Of a stretch of 64,000 nt of DNA, positions 51,529 to 63,676 are shown in pieces. Source of the stretch: Bacillus sp. (in: firmicutes) (GTDB lineage Bacteria; Bacillota; Bacilli; Bacillales; Cytobacillaceae); assembly GCA_047718615.1 (NCBI GenBank), contig JBDNRM010000001.1, positions 23,093 to 87,092 of the forward strand. Direction: 5' to 3'. Both the position numbers and the translations under genes were made by a program. The notes under the pieces were generated by a model, which saw only the letters and a list, made by a program, of their open reading frames with translations, searched no databases and was not told the origin of the DNA. The stretch's first letter is position 1. Every line of letters begins with the position of its first letter.

Positions 51529-52151
51529 GGAGTGAGTATAGGTGAAAGTGACAATTATTAAAGGTCCGATGTTTGAGAAGGCAGAAAAGAAAGCTCACGC
51601 TTTATTGTATCAGATCATCAGACAAAAAATGATTGAAGATGAAATGAAAAAATCCCAAAAGGAGGATAAGTAATATGAACAAACAAAAATTCATGGAGTT
51701 TGTATCTAAAGCTTATGACAAAGGTTTTTACATCACAATAGCTGATTACTCTCCTCAGACAACAAAAGCAGAAGCAATGGAAGTAGCTGCAGAGTTAAGT
51801 GAAGTTTTAGAACTTCCAGTTCACAAAGAAGATTATAAATCCACTCATTCTTACGAAGTGGGTAGCGTTAACGAAAAAATCAGAGGGCATTTCTTTTATG
51901 GTCCAGTTAATTTTCTTGATGAAGATGTCGATCTGAGTGGCGGTGAGGATGTTGCAGTCTGAAATATTCTCTTATATCAATGCTCGTTATGAAAATGACG
52001 GTGTCCTCGTTGATGCAGATGAAGTGTACGAATCGTTTCAGACTGATTTTGATAATGGTGTCCCAATCACACTAATTGATGAAGTTATGGAAGATTTCTT
52101 ATCTATCCATTCTATAGAAAATATCCAAATTAAATGGGAGGGTAAAATCGC

Positions 52152-52727
52152 ATGAAAAATTTAGAAACAGTGTTAGAAGAATTAGAAGTATTGGAGCAAG
52201 TGGAGGAACAAAAGAATTTCATCGTTAACAACTTGGATTCTGCAACAGAAGCAAGCAGACGCATCGCTTATTTCGAAGAAAAGAAACAGGAGATCGACGC
52301 AATCATCGAAAACCAAGTTGCTCCTTTTCTTGCAAAAATCGAAAAAATCAAAGAGTGGGGGGAGGAAGCCAAGAAAGAGTTTATTGATAAGCAATCGTAT
52401 TACACCACTACATTAGAAGTGTATTTACGTGAAGAAGTTGCTCAACAAGAAGAAGCTGGTAAGAAAGCGAAGAAATCAATCAAACTCCCTTATGGAAAAA
52501 TCTCATTAAAGAAACAGCAGCCGGAGTTTAAAAAGGATGAAGATACATTACTGGAGTTCGCTATCAGTCAAGGATATGCAAAAAACAAATGGTCAACAGA
52601 ATGGGCAGAGTTGAAGAAACAATGTGTTGTCCATGAAGGTAAATTGGTGTTCAAAGATACTGGAGAATTTGTTCCTGGTGTAGAAGTTGTGGAGAAAGAT
52701 GAAAAATTCGAGTTCAAACTAACATAA
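52152..52727 (+). CDS. Gam-like nuclease inhibitor (copy 2)
   Basis: Identical to 8895..9470. Confidence 0.75.
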   Translation: MKNLETVLEELEVLEQVEEQKNFIVNNLDSATEASRRIAYFEEKKQEIDAIIENQVAPFLAKIEKIKEWGEEAKKEFIDKQSYYTTTLEVYLREEVAQQEEAGKKAKKSIKLPYGKISLKKQQPEFKKDEDTLLEFAISQGYAKNKWSTEWAELKKQCVVHEGKLVFKDTGEFVPGVEVVEKDEKFEFKLT

Positions 52728-52794
52728 GGCAAATAAGTACGCCAACTTATTTGCCCCATTGGAAAATATGTCACGGTAATTATAACACAAGGAG

Positions 52795-53481
52795 ATGGAT
52801 AGTGTGTCTGAAACTAATAAATCTTTAGTAAAAAAATTATCCGAAGTAATGCGCCAAGTTAAATACATCGAGAAAAAGGGTTTTAATAAATTCCATAAAT
52901 ATAAATATGCTACTGAATCCGATGTTGCGGAAAAGGTTCGTGAAGTCCTTGCTGATCAAAACGTCATGATGGTACCTAATTTACTGAATCATACTACCAG
53001 AGAACATACAACAGCTGCAGGGAAAACGGAATACATTGTATCAGTTGATATGGAGTTTAATTTCTATGATGGAGATAGCGGGGAACATATTGCATTTCGT
53101 ATGAGTGGAGACGGTCAGGATGCTGGAGACAAAGCAATTTACAAAGCCATTACAGGTGCTCAAAAGTATGCCCTTATGAAAGTATTTATGATTCCAACTG
53201 GAGACGATCCAGAAGCTGATAGCGGCACTGACGATAAAAATGAATCTCCTAATTCAAACAATAATCAATCACCTAGCAAAAATGCTCCTATGGCTTCTGA
53301 TAAGCAATTGAATTTCGTTAATAAGCTTCTAAAAGATGTTTCAACTGCCAAAAACATTACAGAAGATGAAGCTTATAAAACGCTGAAAAAACATATGAAA
53401 AAAGATATGGAATGGTTTACTGCCGATGATGCCAGCGACGCAATACAACTTCTATCTAATTCATTAAAAAAAGGAGCTTAA
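52795..53481 (+). CDS. ERF recombinase (copy 2)
   Basis: Identical to 9538..10224. Confidence 0.9.
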   Translation: MDSVSETNKSLVKKLSEVMRQVKYIEKKGFNKFHKYKYATESDVAEKVREVLADQNVMMVPNLLNHTTREHTTAAGKTEYIVSVDMEFNFYDGDSGEHIAFRMSGDGQDAGDKAIYKAITGAQKYALMKVFMIPTGDDPEADSGTDDKNESPNSNNNQSPSKNAPMASDKQLNFVNKLLKDVSTAKNITEDEAYKTLKKHMKKDMEWFTADDASDAIQLLSNSLKKGA

Positions 53482-54574
53482 TTGCTCCTTTGACAACTAT
53501 GGAGACAAAGGAAGGTGAGAAATTGATTAAATTCATTAAACGACTTATCTGTAAGTACAGAGGTCATGATTGGGAGACTTATACCATTAGTACAGGTTAT
53601 TGGAGTAACGATATTGAACAATCAGGATACTGCAAACGTTGTAAATTGGATACTCATGGCGAGTATGAGTAATGTCGCCATACGATCATTAAACGAAACA
53701 GGAGTGGTTGCATGGAAGCTGTCAAATACAAGCAGCCAGAAGCTACATACATCGAAGAACAGGAAGAATGTATCTTATTGGAGGATAAACATTGGATATG
53801 GCCCGTAATCTTTTGGGCTGTATTCCTTATCATAACGATTCTAATGGGGATGGGGGTTGTTGAAGGATGAAAAAAGGCGATTCTGTTACTGATTTTAACG
53901 GTCATTCCTATTTTATACACGATATTAATGGCCCTTTAGTAAAAATAGCTCATTACTTCAAATACAAAGTAAAAGGCATCTATGAATTTAAAATTGATTT
54001 GGCCTATAGAATGGATTTAATCCAAGCAGATTTGGAAGGATACAGCGAGGAAGAGATCAATTTCCTTATCAATCTAGCATTAGATACAAACGATAAGGAA
54101 TGGTTCCAGGAGCTTATGAGAAAGCGAGAATCATTGAAAGGTAAGGAAATAATGAATGAGTAATCAAATCATAGTAATCTGTCCATATTGTAACACTCCG
54201 AGTATTTTTATGAGCAGCAAAGAATTTTATGCAAACGATTATAAAACTAATTTATACGTATGCAGTCCATGTGATGCTTATGTCGGAACACATGGAAACA
54301 CCAGACAACCATTAGGAACCTTGGCTAATAGGAATCTCCGTGAAATGAGAAAAAGAGCTCATTCTTTATTTGATCCATTATGGAAAAAGAGAAAAATGAG
54401 TCGTTCAGCAGCCTATAGTTGGATGCAACAAGTAATGGATTTACCACCTGAGAAAGCACATATAGGTATGTTTAACATAGAGCAATGCGAGAAGTTAATA
54501 AGCCTTGTGAAGCAATATAGAAATATCAAGTAATCAAAATTTGTATTGCGTTTCATTAAAAAGGGGGATTTAAA

Positions 54575-55237
54575 GTGATTAATAAAAATCTGGAATTTGA
54601 ATTTGTCCATAAAGATTTATATGGAGTAGCGATAGAAGTAGTTAAAAAATTTGTTGGAGATGGTCTTTCTCGTCCTATTCTTAGCTATGCATTACACACC
54701 AAAGAAGGCGATATATTAGCAACAAATTCACACAAAGCAATTCATATTAGGGAGATACATGGATTTAATGAAGATTACCTAGTAAACCCTAAAAATTACA
54801 TGTTTGCAAAAGGAACTTATCCGGATCTCTACAATGTAATTGGAAGTGATTCACATAAAAAATCAATTACATTAAATAAAGAACAAATAAAATTATGGCT
54901 CCAACTTTTTAAGTCTATTAACAATACTCTAAAAATGATGAAAAGCAATATTATAAACAAAGCTGTAAAAATGAGTTTTTTAGAAAACTCTGTGACTATT
55001 GAAGTCATGGTTGATTCGGAAAACAGCTTTAAAACGATATTGCCGACTACAGAATTAGTTAAACCTGATTTCGATAAGATTACCTTTTCAGTTGAGATGA
55101 TGAGGGATGCACTAGAGGCGCATTTTAAGTTAAACTCCGAGCTGATTAATATATATTTCCATGGTCAAATGAGACCAATAATCATGAATGATGAATCTAT
55201 TGTTAAGACAATAATTTTGCCAGTAAGAACTTATTAA
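54575..55237 (+). CDS. Beta-clamp-like protein (copy 2)
   Basis: Identical to 11318..11980. Confidence 0.6.
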   Translation: MINKNLEFEFVHKDLYGVAIEVVKKFVGDGLSRPILSYALHTKEGDILATNSHKAIHIREIHGFNEDYLVNPKNYMFAKGTYPDLYNVIGSDSHKKSITLNKEQIKLWLQLFKSINNTLKMMKSNIINKAVKMSFLENSVTIEVMVDSENSFKTILPTTELVKPDFDKITFSVEMMRDALEAHFKLNSELINIYFHGQMRPIIMNDESIVKTIILPVRTY

Positions 55238-55276
55238 CACAAGAATTATTAAGTTTCATAGAAAGGAGGGAAAGAC

Positions 55277-55732
55277 TTGCAACGTATTTTAGATGCATGC
55301 TGCGGCAGTCGGATGTTCTGGTTCGACAAGCAGCATGAAGATGTTGTGTACATGGATAATCGCCAATTAAGCGACACGTTATGTGATGGAAGACAGTTAA
55401 TTGTAGCGCCAGATATAATTGCAGATTTTAGAAATATGCCATTTGAAGATAACTCCTTTTATCTCGTCGTATTCGATCCACCACATTTATTAAAGGCTGG
55501 CGAAGATTCTTGGTTGGCCAAAAAGTACGGAAAACTTGGCCAAGATTGGCAGAGAGATATTGCAGCTGGATTTAATGAATGCATGCGAGTGCTTAAACCG
55601 AATGGAACACTTATTTTTAAGTGGAATGAGGATCAAATAAGATTACCAGCAATCCTTAAAGCTATTGATGCAAAACCGTTGTTTGGAAATCGCAGAAGCA
55701 AAACGCATTGGCTAGTATTTATGAAAAATTAA
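55277..55732 (+). CDS. Orphan methyltransferase (copy 2)
   Basis: Identical to 12020..12475. Confidence 0.85.
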   Translation: MQRILDACCGSRMFWFDKQHEDVVYMDNRQLSDTLCDGRQLIVAPDIIADFRNMPFEDNSFYLVVFDPPHLLKAGEDSWLAKKYGKLGQDWQRDIAAGFNECMRVLKPNGTLIFKWNEDQIRLPAILKAIDAKPLFGNRRSKTHWLVFMKN

Positions 55733-57503
55733 GTTTCATAGGCGGTGAACAAATGTATAACAGCCAGGTACACCTATTCGCACCGACATTGGAGCAACTG
55801 ATTGAAGAACTGATCAGTGAGCGAGTCGAAAAGTATTTCATCGAAAGAACAATCAAGCTCGGAGATACACCTTTCCATTACTGCAAAGTGCTTACGAAAA
55901 ACCATGTGTATGACGTATCAGTAACAGAAGGTTATGAGCATGAATCGGAAGTTAACCACGTTGTTAGTAGAAAAAATTTGAGTAAAAGGTTTATAAAAGG
56001 ATATTTCAACGATTGGAAACTAAAGAGTAAAGGAGTCAACTAAAGAGGTGAGTAAGACAATAATCAAGGATTTACGTCGTATTGAATTTTTTACAAGAAA
56101 ATCAAAGGAGCTGGAGGCGATCCATCCATCCAAGATGGACGCTCGCTGGCGCAGGCGCTGTATCCGGTTGATGAATTATAAGGCTGCTATGCATAAGTGG
56201 ATTAAGTGATAGTAGACAACTTATATAAGGAGTTGGAGTAATGAAATGTTATTACTGCCATCAAGTATGTGAAGGTTTAGTTTTTGAGCAGGGGAATTTT
56301 TCTATTGTTGCTCATAGAGATTGCGCAGTTAAGAAGCTAGAAAAAGATTGCGATTTAATTATACGAAGTAAATAGATAGTGCGTAGTAGATAACTATTAT
56401 GCGTTGGAAAGGGAGAGACGAATATGAAAACAGAACACGAAATTCAACAAAATAACATTACGGAATTGCTAAAATTGATTGACCAGAATCCCGAATTGCC
56501 AATTGTGCCTATGGTTGATGGTCAACTTTGCGGTGATGATTGGAGTTACTATATGGGCAAGTGGGGACAGGCGGAAATTGACGAAGTTTACCAGGGAGAT
56601 GAACGAGTTTACTTTAAATCTTCCGATGAAGAAGAGTTAATTGGAGAACGTGGAGAGTTTATTTTTGATAACGAATATCCAAGCCGAAAATCCTTAACTG
56701 ATGAAGAAGAAAAAATAGTCGAAAAGAAGGCTGAAGAATACGTAGAAAGTCTTCCTTGGAAAAAAGTCATAGTAGTTTCAATTGAATTACCATAATGGAT
56801 AGTACGAAACTTATGCGTGACATAAAAGAAGGAGATATTTGTATGGGTTTTATTATCAAGTGTACTAATTGTGGGCAATTATCAGAATTAGAAGACGGGT
56901 TTTTCAAAAAGGCAAATGAAATCCAAGTTTATGATTCTGGTGAATTTTTAGTATCGATTAAGTGTACTGGATGTGGGAATGAAGTTGTTAGTAATTATGA
57001 AGAATAATTTGCATTACGAAAATATGGCCCGAGATTTGTCCGATTCTTGGGCCGAACTGGACCGAGAAAACAATTCGTAAACTGGGAAACAAAATGATAG
57101 TTCTGTTGATTAAGAAAGGGTGGAGAACATGGAGATTACAGTAAATGAACAACCTCAACGTTTTTATTTAGCTATTAATAATAAATGGGAGCCTGCAGTT
57201 GGTCATGAAATTAAAGTGGGGGAATACAGATTTTGCGCTATACCATTGAGCAATAGGATTAACATTTCGGAAGTGACGTCTGGTGCAAGGGTGCTAAATA
57301 TTCCGATGACTTTAGAAATTACAATGGCAACAGCATCAAAAGAGGGTTCAGTTAAGTTTTTTTATAAAGTCGGCGAATCGTTAAAGCGAATTATTGGGCG
57401 TGCATTTGATTTTAATGAACAACTTGCAAATATGAAGAAAACAGCATTTGAACGTTTGGGTGAAATGCCACCAATTGAAAATGTTGATGTGGAGGCGATC
57501 TGA

Positions 57504-57743
57504 TTGGCTAATAAGGTCCACAAATTAAAGTTATGGCCAGAATACTTTGCTGCTGTTGCAGATGGTACAAAGCCATTTGAAATCAGAAAAAATGACCGTG
57601 ATTTTCAAGTAGACGATACATTGTTATTACAAGAATTTTTACCAGAAAGACAAGCGTTCACTGGTAGGTTCGTATCGAAGAAAATTATCTACATTACAGA
57701 TTTTGCTCAGCAGGACGGCTATGTTGTTATGGGGATTAAATAA
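57504..57743 (+). CDS. ASCH/DUF3850 protein (copy 2)
   Basis: Identical to 14247..14486. Confidence 0.85.
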   Translation: MANKVHKLKLWPEYFAAVADGTKPFEIRKNDRDFQVDDTLLLQEFLPERQAFTGRFVSKKIIYITDFAQQDGYVVMGIK

Positions 57744-58599
57744 GGGAGGGATCATTAAGGCCAGGTACAGGGGTTAGAAAAGTTTTACCTATAGTAGGAG
57801 ACATTCACATAACTGGCATAGTCAATGTAAGTGGATATATGGAGTTCTTAGTATTGCAGAGTACTAAACTATCGCTGGTACTTAAAATGGCAAATAGCAT
57901 TGTTCTAGCGGTGGAGGAAGTGTTAAGAGAATGATTGTTTATTCTTGCAAGGAATGTGATCAAATACAGATTGATTACAAGGTCATACCTAAATTAAAGT
58001 GTCCCTGCTGTGGCAAATACATGGATGCGGAAGAGGAGGAATAAGGTGAGTTTTATTTTTGAAAAGCATTATACAGAGAAGTTCGAAGTTACACTTGTAT
58101 GGAAAAATTTCATGAGTTATAAAGCATTCAGTAGCGTTAGAAAGGATAAACCAAAATGCGAATTATGTAATTCTTCATTCAATGAAAGTCATACAGTACA
58201 TTTAGCTTTTGTTAAAGGAAAGGCTAATAAATTAATTTGTACCAATTGTGCAGATAAAGCAGTAGCTGGTGGAGCTGAAGAAAGAGTGAGAGAAAAATTT
58301 GTTTAACAAAAAAAGAGGATGCACGAATATTATCCTTGCATCCTCCCCGGATCACGTTGTTTCTTTTTCTCAACAAGTTCTAAATATCTAAGACCATAAC
58401 GGACAAGTTCATCAACAGCTATGCTGCGGTTATTCTTTCTTTTGTTAAAACGGTAATCTTCTACCAAATTTAATGTATCAGGGTTCCAGGATATAGTAGT
58501 AGTCGGTTTAGATGAATCAATTCTTACATGCATATTTGTGTACACTCCTTTTATTTTGGATTTACGTAATACGGTAATAAGTTATTGCAATGGTTTTGT

Positions 58600-58842
58600 T
58601 TAATCGGTTTCATCTACTAGAACGAAAAGATCACCAATATCACATTCAAGAATTTCGCAAATGGCAGCAATTGTATCGTAATGGATTTGGTTATTATCGT
58701 TCTTGTGTAATCGATCTAAAGTTTTTCGTGCAGTAGGGTGGCCGGCGTTTTTTAACATACGTTCTAGCTCAGCGATAGAGCGAATTTCCCTTTCTGCCAT
58801 CAAAATAGCTAATCTATTTTTTACTTTCATGATATATAACAT
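58600..58842 (-). CDS. HTH regulator (copy 2)
   Basis: Identical to 15343..15585. Confidence 0.8.
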   Translation of the reverse strand: MLYIMKVKNRLAILMAEREIRSIAELERMLKNAGHPTARKTLDRLHKNDNNQIHYDTIAAICEILECDIGDLFVLVDETD

Positions 58843-59034
58843 CCTTTCACTTTTTTATACTTTGTTATTATATATACTTAACAATATACTAAAAAGTTTC
58901 ATTTTATGTCAATTAAATTTTACCAAATTATGAAGATATGATAGGATGTGTTAATTTTTGCTTGTCAAAATTGGTAAGAAGTTATAATATTATTATATGA
59001 AGTTATAATATTTGCCTTCGGGGGAGGTGATTCG

Positions 59035-59253
59035 ATGAAGGTGAAACATCAATTAAAAGTTCTTATGGCGAAGCACAACATCAATTCGGTAAAGGAATTA
59101 AGCAGGCAAACAGGGATATTTTATGGAACCTTACTTAACTTCTATCATCAACGCTACGAAGCTTTTAATGCACCGTTGATTGCTACATTATGTGAGTTTT
59201 TCGGATGCAGGATTCAAGATTTACTTGTTTTAGAAAAAGAAAAAGTTTCTTAA
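59035..59253 (+). CDS. HTH regulator (copy 2)
   Basis: Identical to 15778..15996. Confidence 0.8.
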   Translation: MKVKHQLKVLMAKHNINSVKELSRQTGIFYGTLLNFYHQRYEAFNAPLIATLCEFFGCRIQDLLVLEKEKVS

Positions 59254-59340
59254 AAGGAGATGATATTGCGAAAGGTTTGGTGGAAGTTCACTTCAAGAAC
59301 CTTTACATTAGTGTTATCAAAATGAATTGGAGGAAAGTGA

Positions 59341-60075
59341 ATGGATCAATTGCAAAAGGTTTTCAATTATGGACAAAGTCTTATTCGTACAGTCATAAAG
59401 GATAATGAGGTCTGGTTTGTTGCAAAGGATATTTGTGAAGTATTAGAAATTAATAATCCCAGTCAAGCTCTTTCAAGGTTAGATGAGGATGAAAAGAATA
59501 CCATCATTTTAAATGAGGGTATTGGTAACCCAGAAAAATCTATAGTTAATGAATCTGGATTATATAGTCTAATACTTGGAAGTCGAAAAACTGAAGCGAA
59601 AGTCTTTAAGAGATGGGTAACTCATGATGTTCTTCCTACAATACGAAAGACTGGTGGTTATGTAGCAAATGATGATTTATTCGTGGATACTTATCTAAAA
59701 CATGCGGATGAATCCACAAAACTTTTATTTAAAGTTACTCTTGAAACTGTCAGAAAACAAAATGAAGAAATAGCTGTTATGTCACCAAAAGCAGAATATT
59801 TCGATGCTCTTGTTGATCGCAATCTTTTAACTAACTTTAGAGATACTGCTAAAGAACTACATGTAAAACAAGGTTTTTTTATAAATTGGCTTCTTGATAA
59901 TAAGTATGTTTATCGAGATCAAAGAAAGAAATTAAAACCATATATGCAATATGTTCCAAATCTCTTTGAATTAAAAGATTGGGAGAAAAACGGAAAAGCG
60001 GATGCACAAACACTTATTACTCCTAAAGGGAAAGAAACATTTCGTTTGCTACTCCAAGAAAAGAAAAAAGCCTAA
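59341..60075 (+). CDS. BRO-N/ANT antirepressor (copy 2)
   Basis: Identical to 16084..16818. Confidence 0.9.
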   Translation: MDQLQKVFNYGQSLIRTVIKDNEVWFVAKDICEVLEINNPSQALSRLDEDEKNTIILNEGIGNPEKSIVNESGLYSLILGSRKTEAKVFKRWVTHDVLPTIRKTGGYVANDDLFVDTYLKHADESTKLLFKVTLETVRKQNEEIAVMSPKAEYFDALVDRNLLTNFRDTAKELHVKQGFFINWLLDNKYVYRDQRKKLKPYMQYVPNLFELKDWEKNGKADAQTLITPKGKETFRLLLQEKKKA

Positions 60076-60204
60076 CGTTGGCAGACGTTAGACAAGTATT
60101 TCGATCAGTTTATAAATATTATGCTCTTGTAGCCCATTATATACCAAAAATACCTTGTTGGCTACAGGAGCGTACGTTCTAAATAACACATAGAAGGTGG
60201 TTTT

Positions 60205-60936
60205 ATGGCTAGGCCTCAAAAAGAAGGATTAGACTACTTTCCTTTGGATGTTGATATAGATCAAGACGATAAGGTTGCATTAATAGAGGCGCAGCACGGA
60301 GTTACTGGCTTTGCCATTGTAATCAAACTTCTTATGAAAATATATAAGAATGGCTATTATTACAACTGGACTGAAAAGGAACAATTACTCTTTTCTAGGT
60401 CTATTAATGTAGACATTAACTCGATTAATGATGTCATAAACGATTGCTTAAAGTGGGAATTGTTTTCTAAAACTGTTTTTGAAAAACAAGCTATCCTTAC
60501 ATCTAAAGGCATTCAGCTTAGATATTTAGAGGCTGTTTCTAGGAGGCAGGAAGTGAAAATACCAAAAAGTCACTTACTTATTTGTGGTGATAAGGTTAAT
60601 GACTACAAAAACTTAGTTATTGATAACATTAACGATGAAAATGACGACATTAATCCCCAAAGTAAAGTAAAGAAAAGAATAGTAAAGAAGAGAAAAGAAG
60701 AGAAACATAAATATGCTGAATTTGTCTCGATGCTTCCTTCAGAACATAAAAAACTTTTAGATCAATTCGGACAAGCAGGGACTGATGATCGAATTGAACG
60801 TCTGAATCTTTACAAAGGATCAACAGGCAAAAAGTATAAGAGTGATTACTTAACTATCTTGAATTGGGAACGGAAGAATTCTAACGACAAGGGAGGAAGT
60901 AAGGTTGAAACCGATCAATACTCTAATCTCTTCTAA
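60205..60936 (+). CDS. DUF4373 replication initiator (copy 2)
   Basis: Identical to 16948..17679. Confidence 0.85.
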   Translation: MARPQKEGLDYFPLDVDIDQDDKVALIEAQHGVTGFAIVIKLLMKIYKNGYYYNWTEKEQLLFSRSINVDINSINDVINDCLKWELFSKTVFEKQAILTSKGIQLRYLEAVSRRQEVKIPKSHLLICGDKVNDYKNLVIDNINDENDDINPQSKVKKRIVKKRKEEKHKYAEFVSMLPSEHKKLLDQFGQAGTDDRIERLNLYKGSTGKKYKSDYLTILNWERKNSNDKGGSKVETDQYSNLF

Positions 60937-61690
60937 GATTCAATTTGCAGGAGAGAGAACGTGTGAAATCTGTGGCTGTATAGTGCCTATCATCATTCGT
61001 GCAGGAAAAGAATATAGCCATTGTCTGGCTTGTGATAATAAGGTTTTAGAAAAAGAAATGGAGGATTTCCGCAAGAAGTCAGAAGCGGAAGCCTTCTTCT
61101 GGAATAACAGCCTGGTACCAAGTGATACGGAAAAGGCAGTATTTGATAATTACGAACCTAAGAACCAAACACAAGAGGATGCCTATTTTAAAGCGAAATG
61201 GTATGCGGAGCACTTTCATAAGCTGATTGCCGAAAAAGGCTTTAATTCACTCTTATTTCAAGGCTCATACGGTATAGGAAAATCTCATTTATCTCACTCG
61301 ATAGCAATGCAATTGAAACAAAAACAATGCAAAGTGATCTTCGCAGACGTTCCAATGCTTATGAAGAAGATACAGAGCACATATGGAAGCTATAAAGATT
61401 CACAGATTACTATTTTTGAAAATATAGCAAAGGCTGATTTAGTTATATTAGATGATCTTGGAGCTGAGTATGTAAAAAGCAAAAATGGTGAAGAGTCATG
61501 GGCGGTAGATACGCTCTTCTCCATCATCGGTTCAAGAGTAGAAAAGCCGAACATCTTCACCACGAATTATGATGCGAACGGATTAATTAACAAATATGGA
61601 ACTCATGGTGGAAGAATTGTTTCTAGAATGTTTAAAGGCACCAAATCAATCAAAATGACTGGTGACGATTATCGGGTGACTGGCTTATGA
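60905..61690 (+). CDS. DnaC/IstB-like loader (copy 2)
   Basis: Identical to 17648..18433. Confidence 0.9.
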   Translation: MKPINTLISSKIQFAGERTCEICGCIVPIIIRAGKEYSHCLACDNKVLEKEMEDFRKKSEAEAFFWNNSLVPSDTEKAVFDNYEPKNQTQEDAYFKAKWYAEHFHKLIAEKGFNSLLFQGSYGIGKSHLSHSIAMQLKQKQCKVIFADVPMLMKKIQSTYGSYKDSQITIFENIAKADLVILDDLGAEYVKSKNGEESWAVDTLFSIIGSRVEKPNIFTTNYDANGLINKYGTHGGRIVSRMFKGTKSIKMTGDDYRVTGL

Positions 61691-63175
61691 TAGCAGCACA
61701 AACCGAAGAAGGAAAAGATAAAAGAGCTATTAATCAGATTGAAAAACAATATATGACGGAAGAAAGAAAAAAGGTATACATTGCCTTGGAATTAGAGAAT
61801 TTTATTTGGGATAAAGAAGATGTAAAAGAGCTGGACTTGATGTATAAGAACGGAAAAAGCGACCTGGAAATAGCAGCATATTTCCAACGTCCTTGGGTTG
61901 ATATACATGTATTGATATTGGATAGGTTGCTCAAAGGGAAAATCAAAGAAAGAACAAACGCAGTCTTGCTAAAGCCGGCAAAGAAAGTGGTGAGCTGAAT
62001 GGATATAAAGGTGCTTAAAAAGATGGATGATCTGCTGGAACAGTGTAAATCCTGCGAAAAGAGCCAACAGTATTTCACACCGGAATTATGCGAAGGTTGC
62101 AACATCTATAAACAGTTACGGGAAATCGGTGATTCTCTTGGGAAAATTGATACAGCTAAACCAAAACCACTCAAAATAACGATTGAAGAGTTTGTTCAAC
62201 ATCGATATATCGGCAAGTTAAAATACAAAGAAATCGCAAGCTTGTATGGGTTGAACTATTTTCAGATTAACGGATTTTATCAACGTCACAAAAAGAAAAT
62301 AAATAAGTATCTGGAAGAGAAGGGGATTAATTAATGAACCTTAAGCGGAAAGGGATACTTAATCAAATAGACCATTTAACTGATAACTATTGCGATCCGT
62401 GTCATCTGGAATTAAAAGATAAACACATTTATTGTCGCAAAGAATGCAGTGTAGGAAAGAATCTACAGAAACTTGGTCGCTGGTTGGATGAAGAGGCAAA
62501 GGAACGAAGAATACAAAATATCTTATCTAAAGGTCAAAACATAAAGAAGTCAGATATAAAAAAACTAAAAGAATACGGTGTATCAGATTCTAAAATCCAA
62601 CAAGCATTAAGAAAGGGAGTTGAAGTAGTGGGGAAATCGAAAATAAATATGACGGTGGAAGAATTCGTACAATGGAAACATGTTAAAAAATTCTCATATG
62701 TGGAGATTGGTAAAAAATTCGGTGTAGGAGATGCAGCGATTCACATGTGGAAAAGCAAAAGAGCAAAAGAAATTGAAGCAGCTGTAAAGGCGCTGGATTC
62801 ATGTGAAACGCAAACAGATAAGATTCCCCCTAAACAAGATAAAAAGCCTGAATATGACCATGCTATGAAGGAATTAGCTACTAAACTAACAAACAGGGAA
62901 ACTGCATTAGTAGAAAAAGATAAATTGATTGCAAGTCTAAAAGCGAAAGTAGAGGAATTAGAATCTATTTCTGAAGCCTGCGGTGATGTGGAAGAAGAAA
63001 CAGCTGGTTTAAGAGAAGAAGTAACTTCCTTGCAAGATTCTTTATCAAAAGAAATTGAATTAACACGCGAATTAACAGCTAGATTGGAAGAATTGACACT
63101 TAGATTAGAGCAAAAACAATCTACTCCTGATTTATATGCAGAAGAAAACAAGGCACTAAGAAACTTGGTGAGATT

Positions 63176-63676
63176 ATGGATCTAGGATTTCATCCATATT
63201 CCAAACAACAGCAGCTGGCAGGACATCAGAAAAGTAAAGATAAACCCAAACATAAAGAAAAGCGTCCAAAGAAGAAAAAAAATCCATATTTATACAGAGG
63301 GAGAATTATCCCATCAAGAAAAGAGCGAACAAAAATTATAAAAAAAGACTATGATCGCATGATTGAAGAGTTTGGAGATTATTGTATGATGTGTGGTCAT
63401 ACGCCGATTTTTGCTCATCATCTAGTATTTCGGAGTCATATAGGTACAGGGAATTGGCGAAACCTAGCGCCGTTGTGTAAAAAGTGTCATGATCGAGCTC
63501 ACGAGGATTTTGATTTTGCTGAGTATTTAAGACAAATGAGGTCAGAGCGCTTTGGAGAGCATTTCGGAAAAGATAAATATTCCTTGTTCATGGAAGGTCT
63601 TATACCTAATACAGATGACGGAACATATGAGACATTTATGATTAAGGAGGAAATTAAAGCTAATGGTAAAAATTAA
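63176..63676 (+). CDS. HNH endonuclease (copy 2)
   Basis: Identical to 19919..20419. Confidence 0.8.
   Translation: MDLGFHPYSKQQQLAGHQKSKDKPKHKEKRPKKKKNPYLYRGRIIPSRKERTKIIKKDYDRMIEEFGDYCMMCGHTPIFAHHLVFRSHIGTGNWRNLAPLCKKCHDRAHEDFDFAEYLRQMRSERFGEHFGKDKYSLFMEGLIPNTDDGTYETFMIKEEIKANGKN

Noticed and set aside
317-63151. Numerous short ORFs antisense to or overlapping well-supported genes (e.g. 996..1235, 19484..19894, 21582..21944, 36155..36604, 42671..43039)
   Set aside because: Shadow frames with no RBS or motifs.
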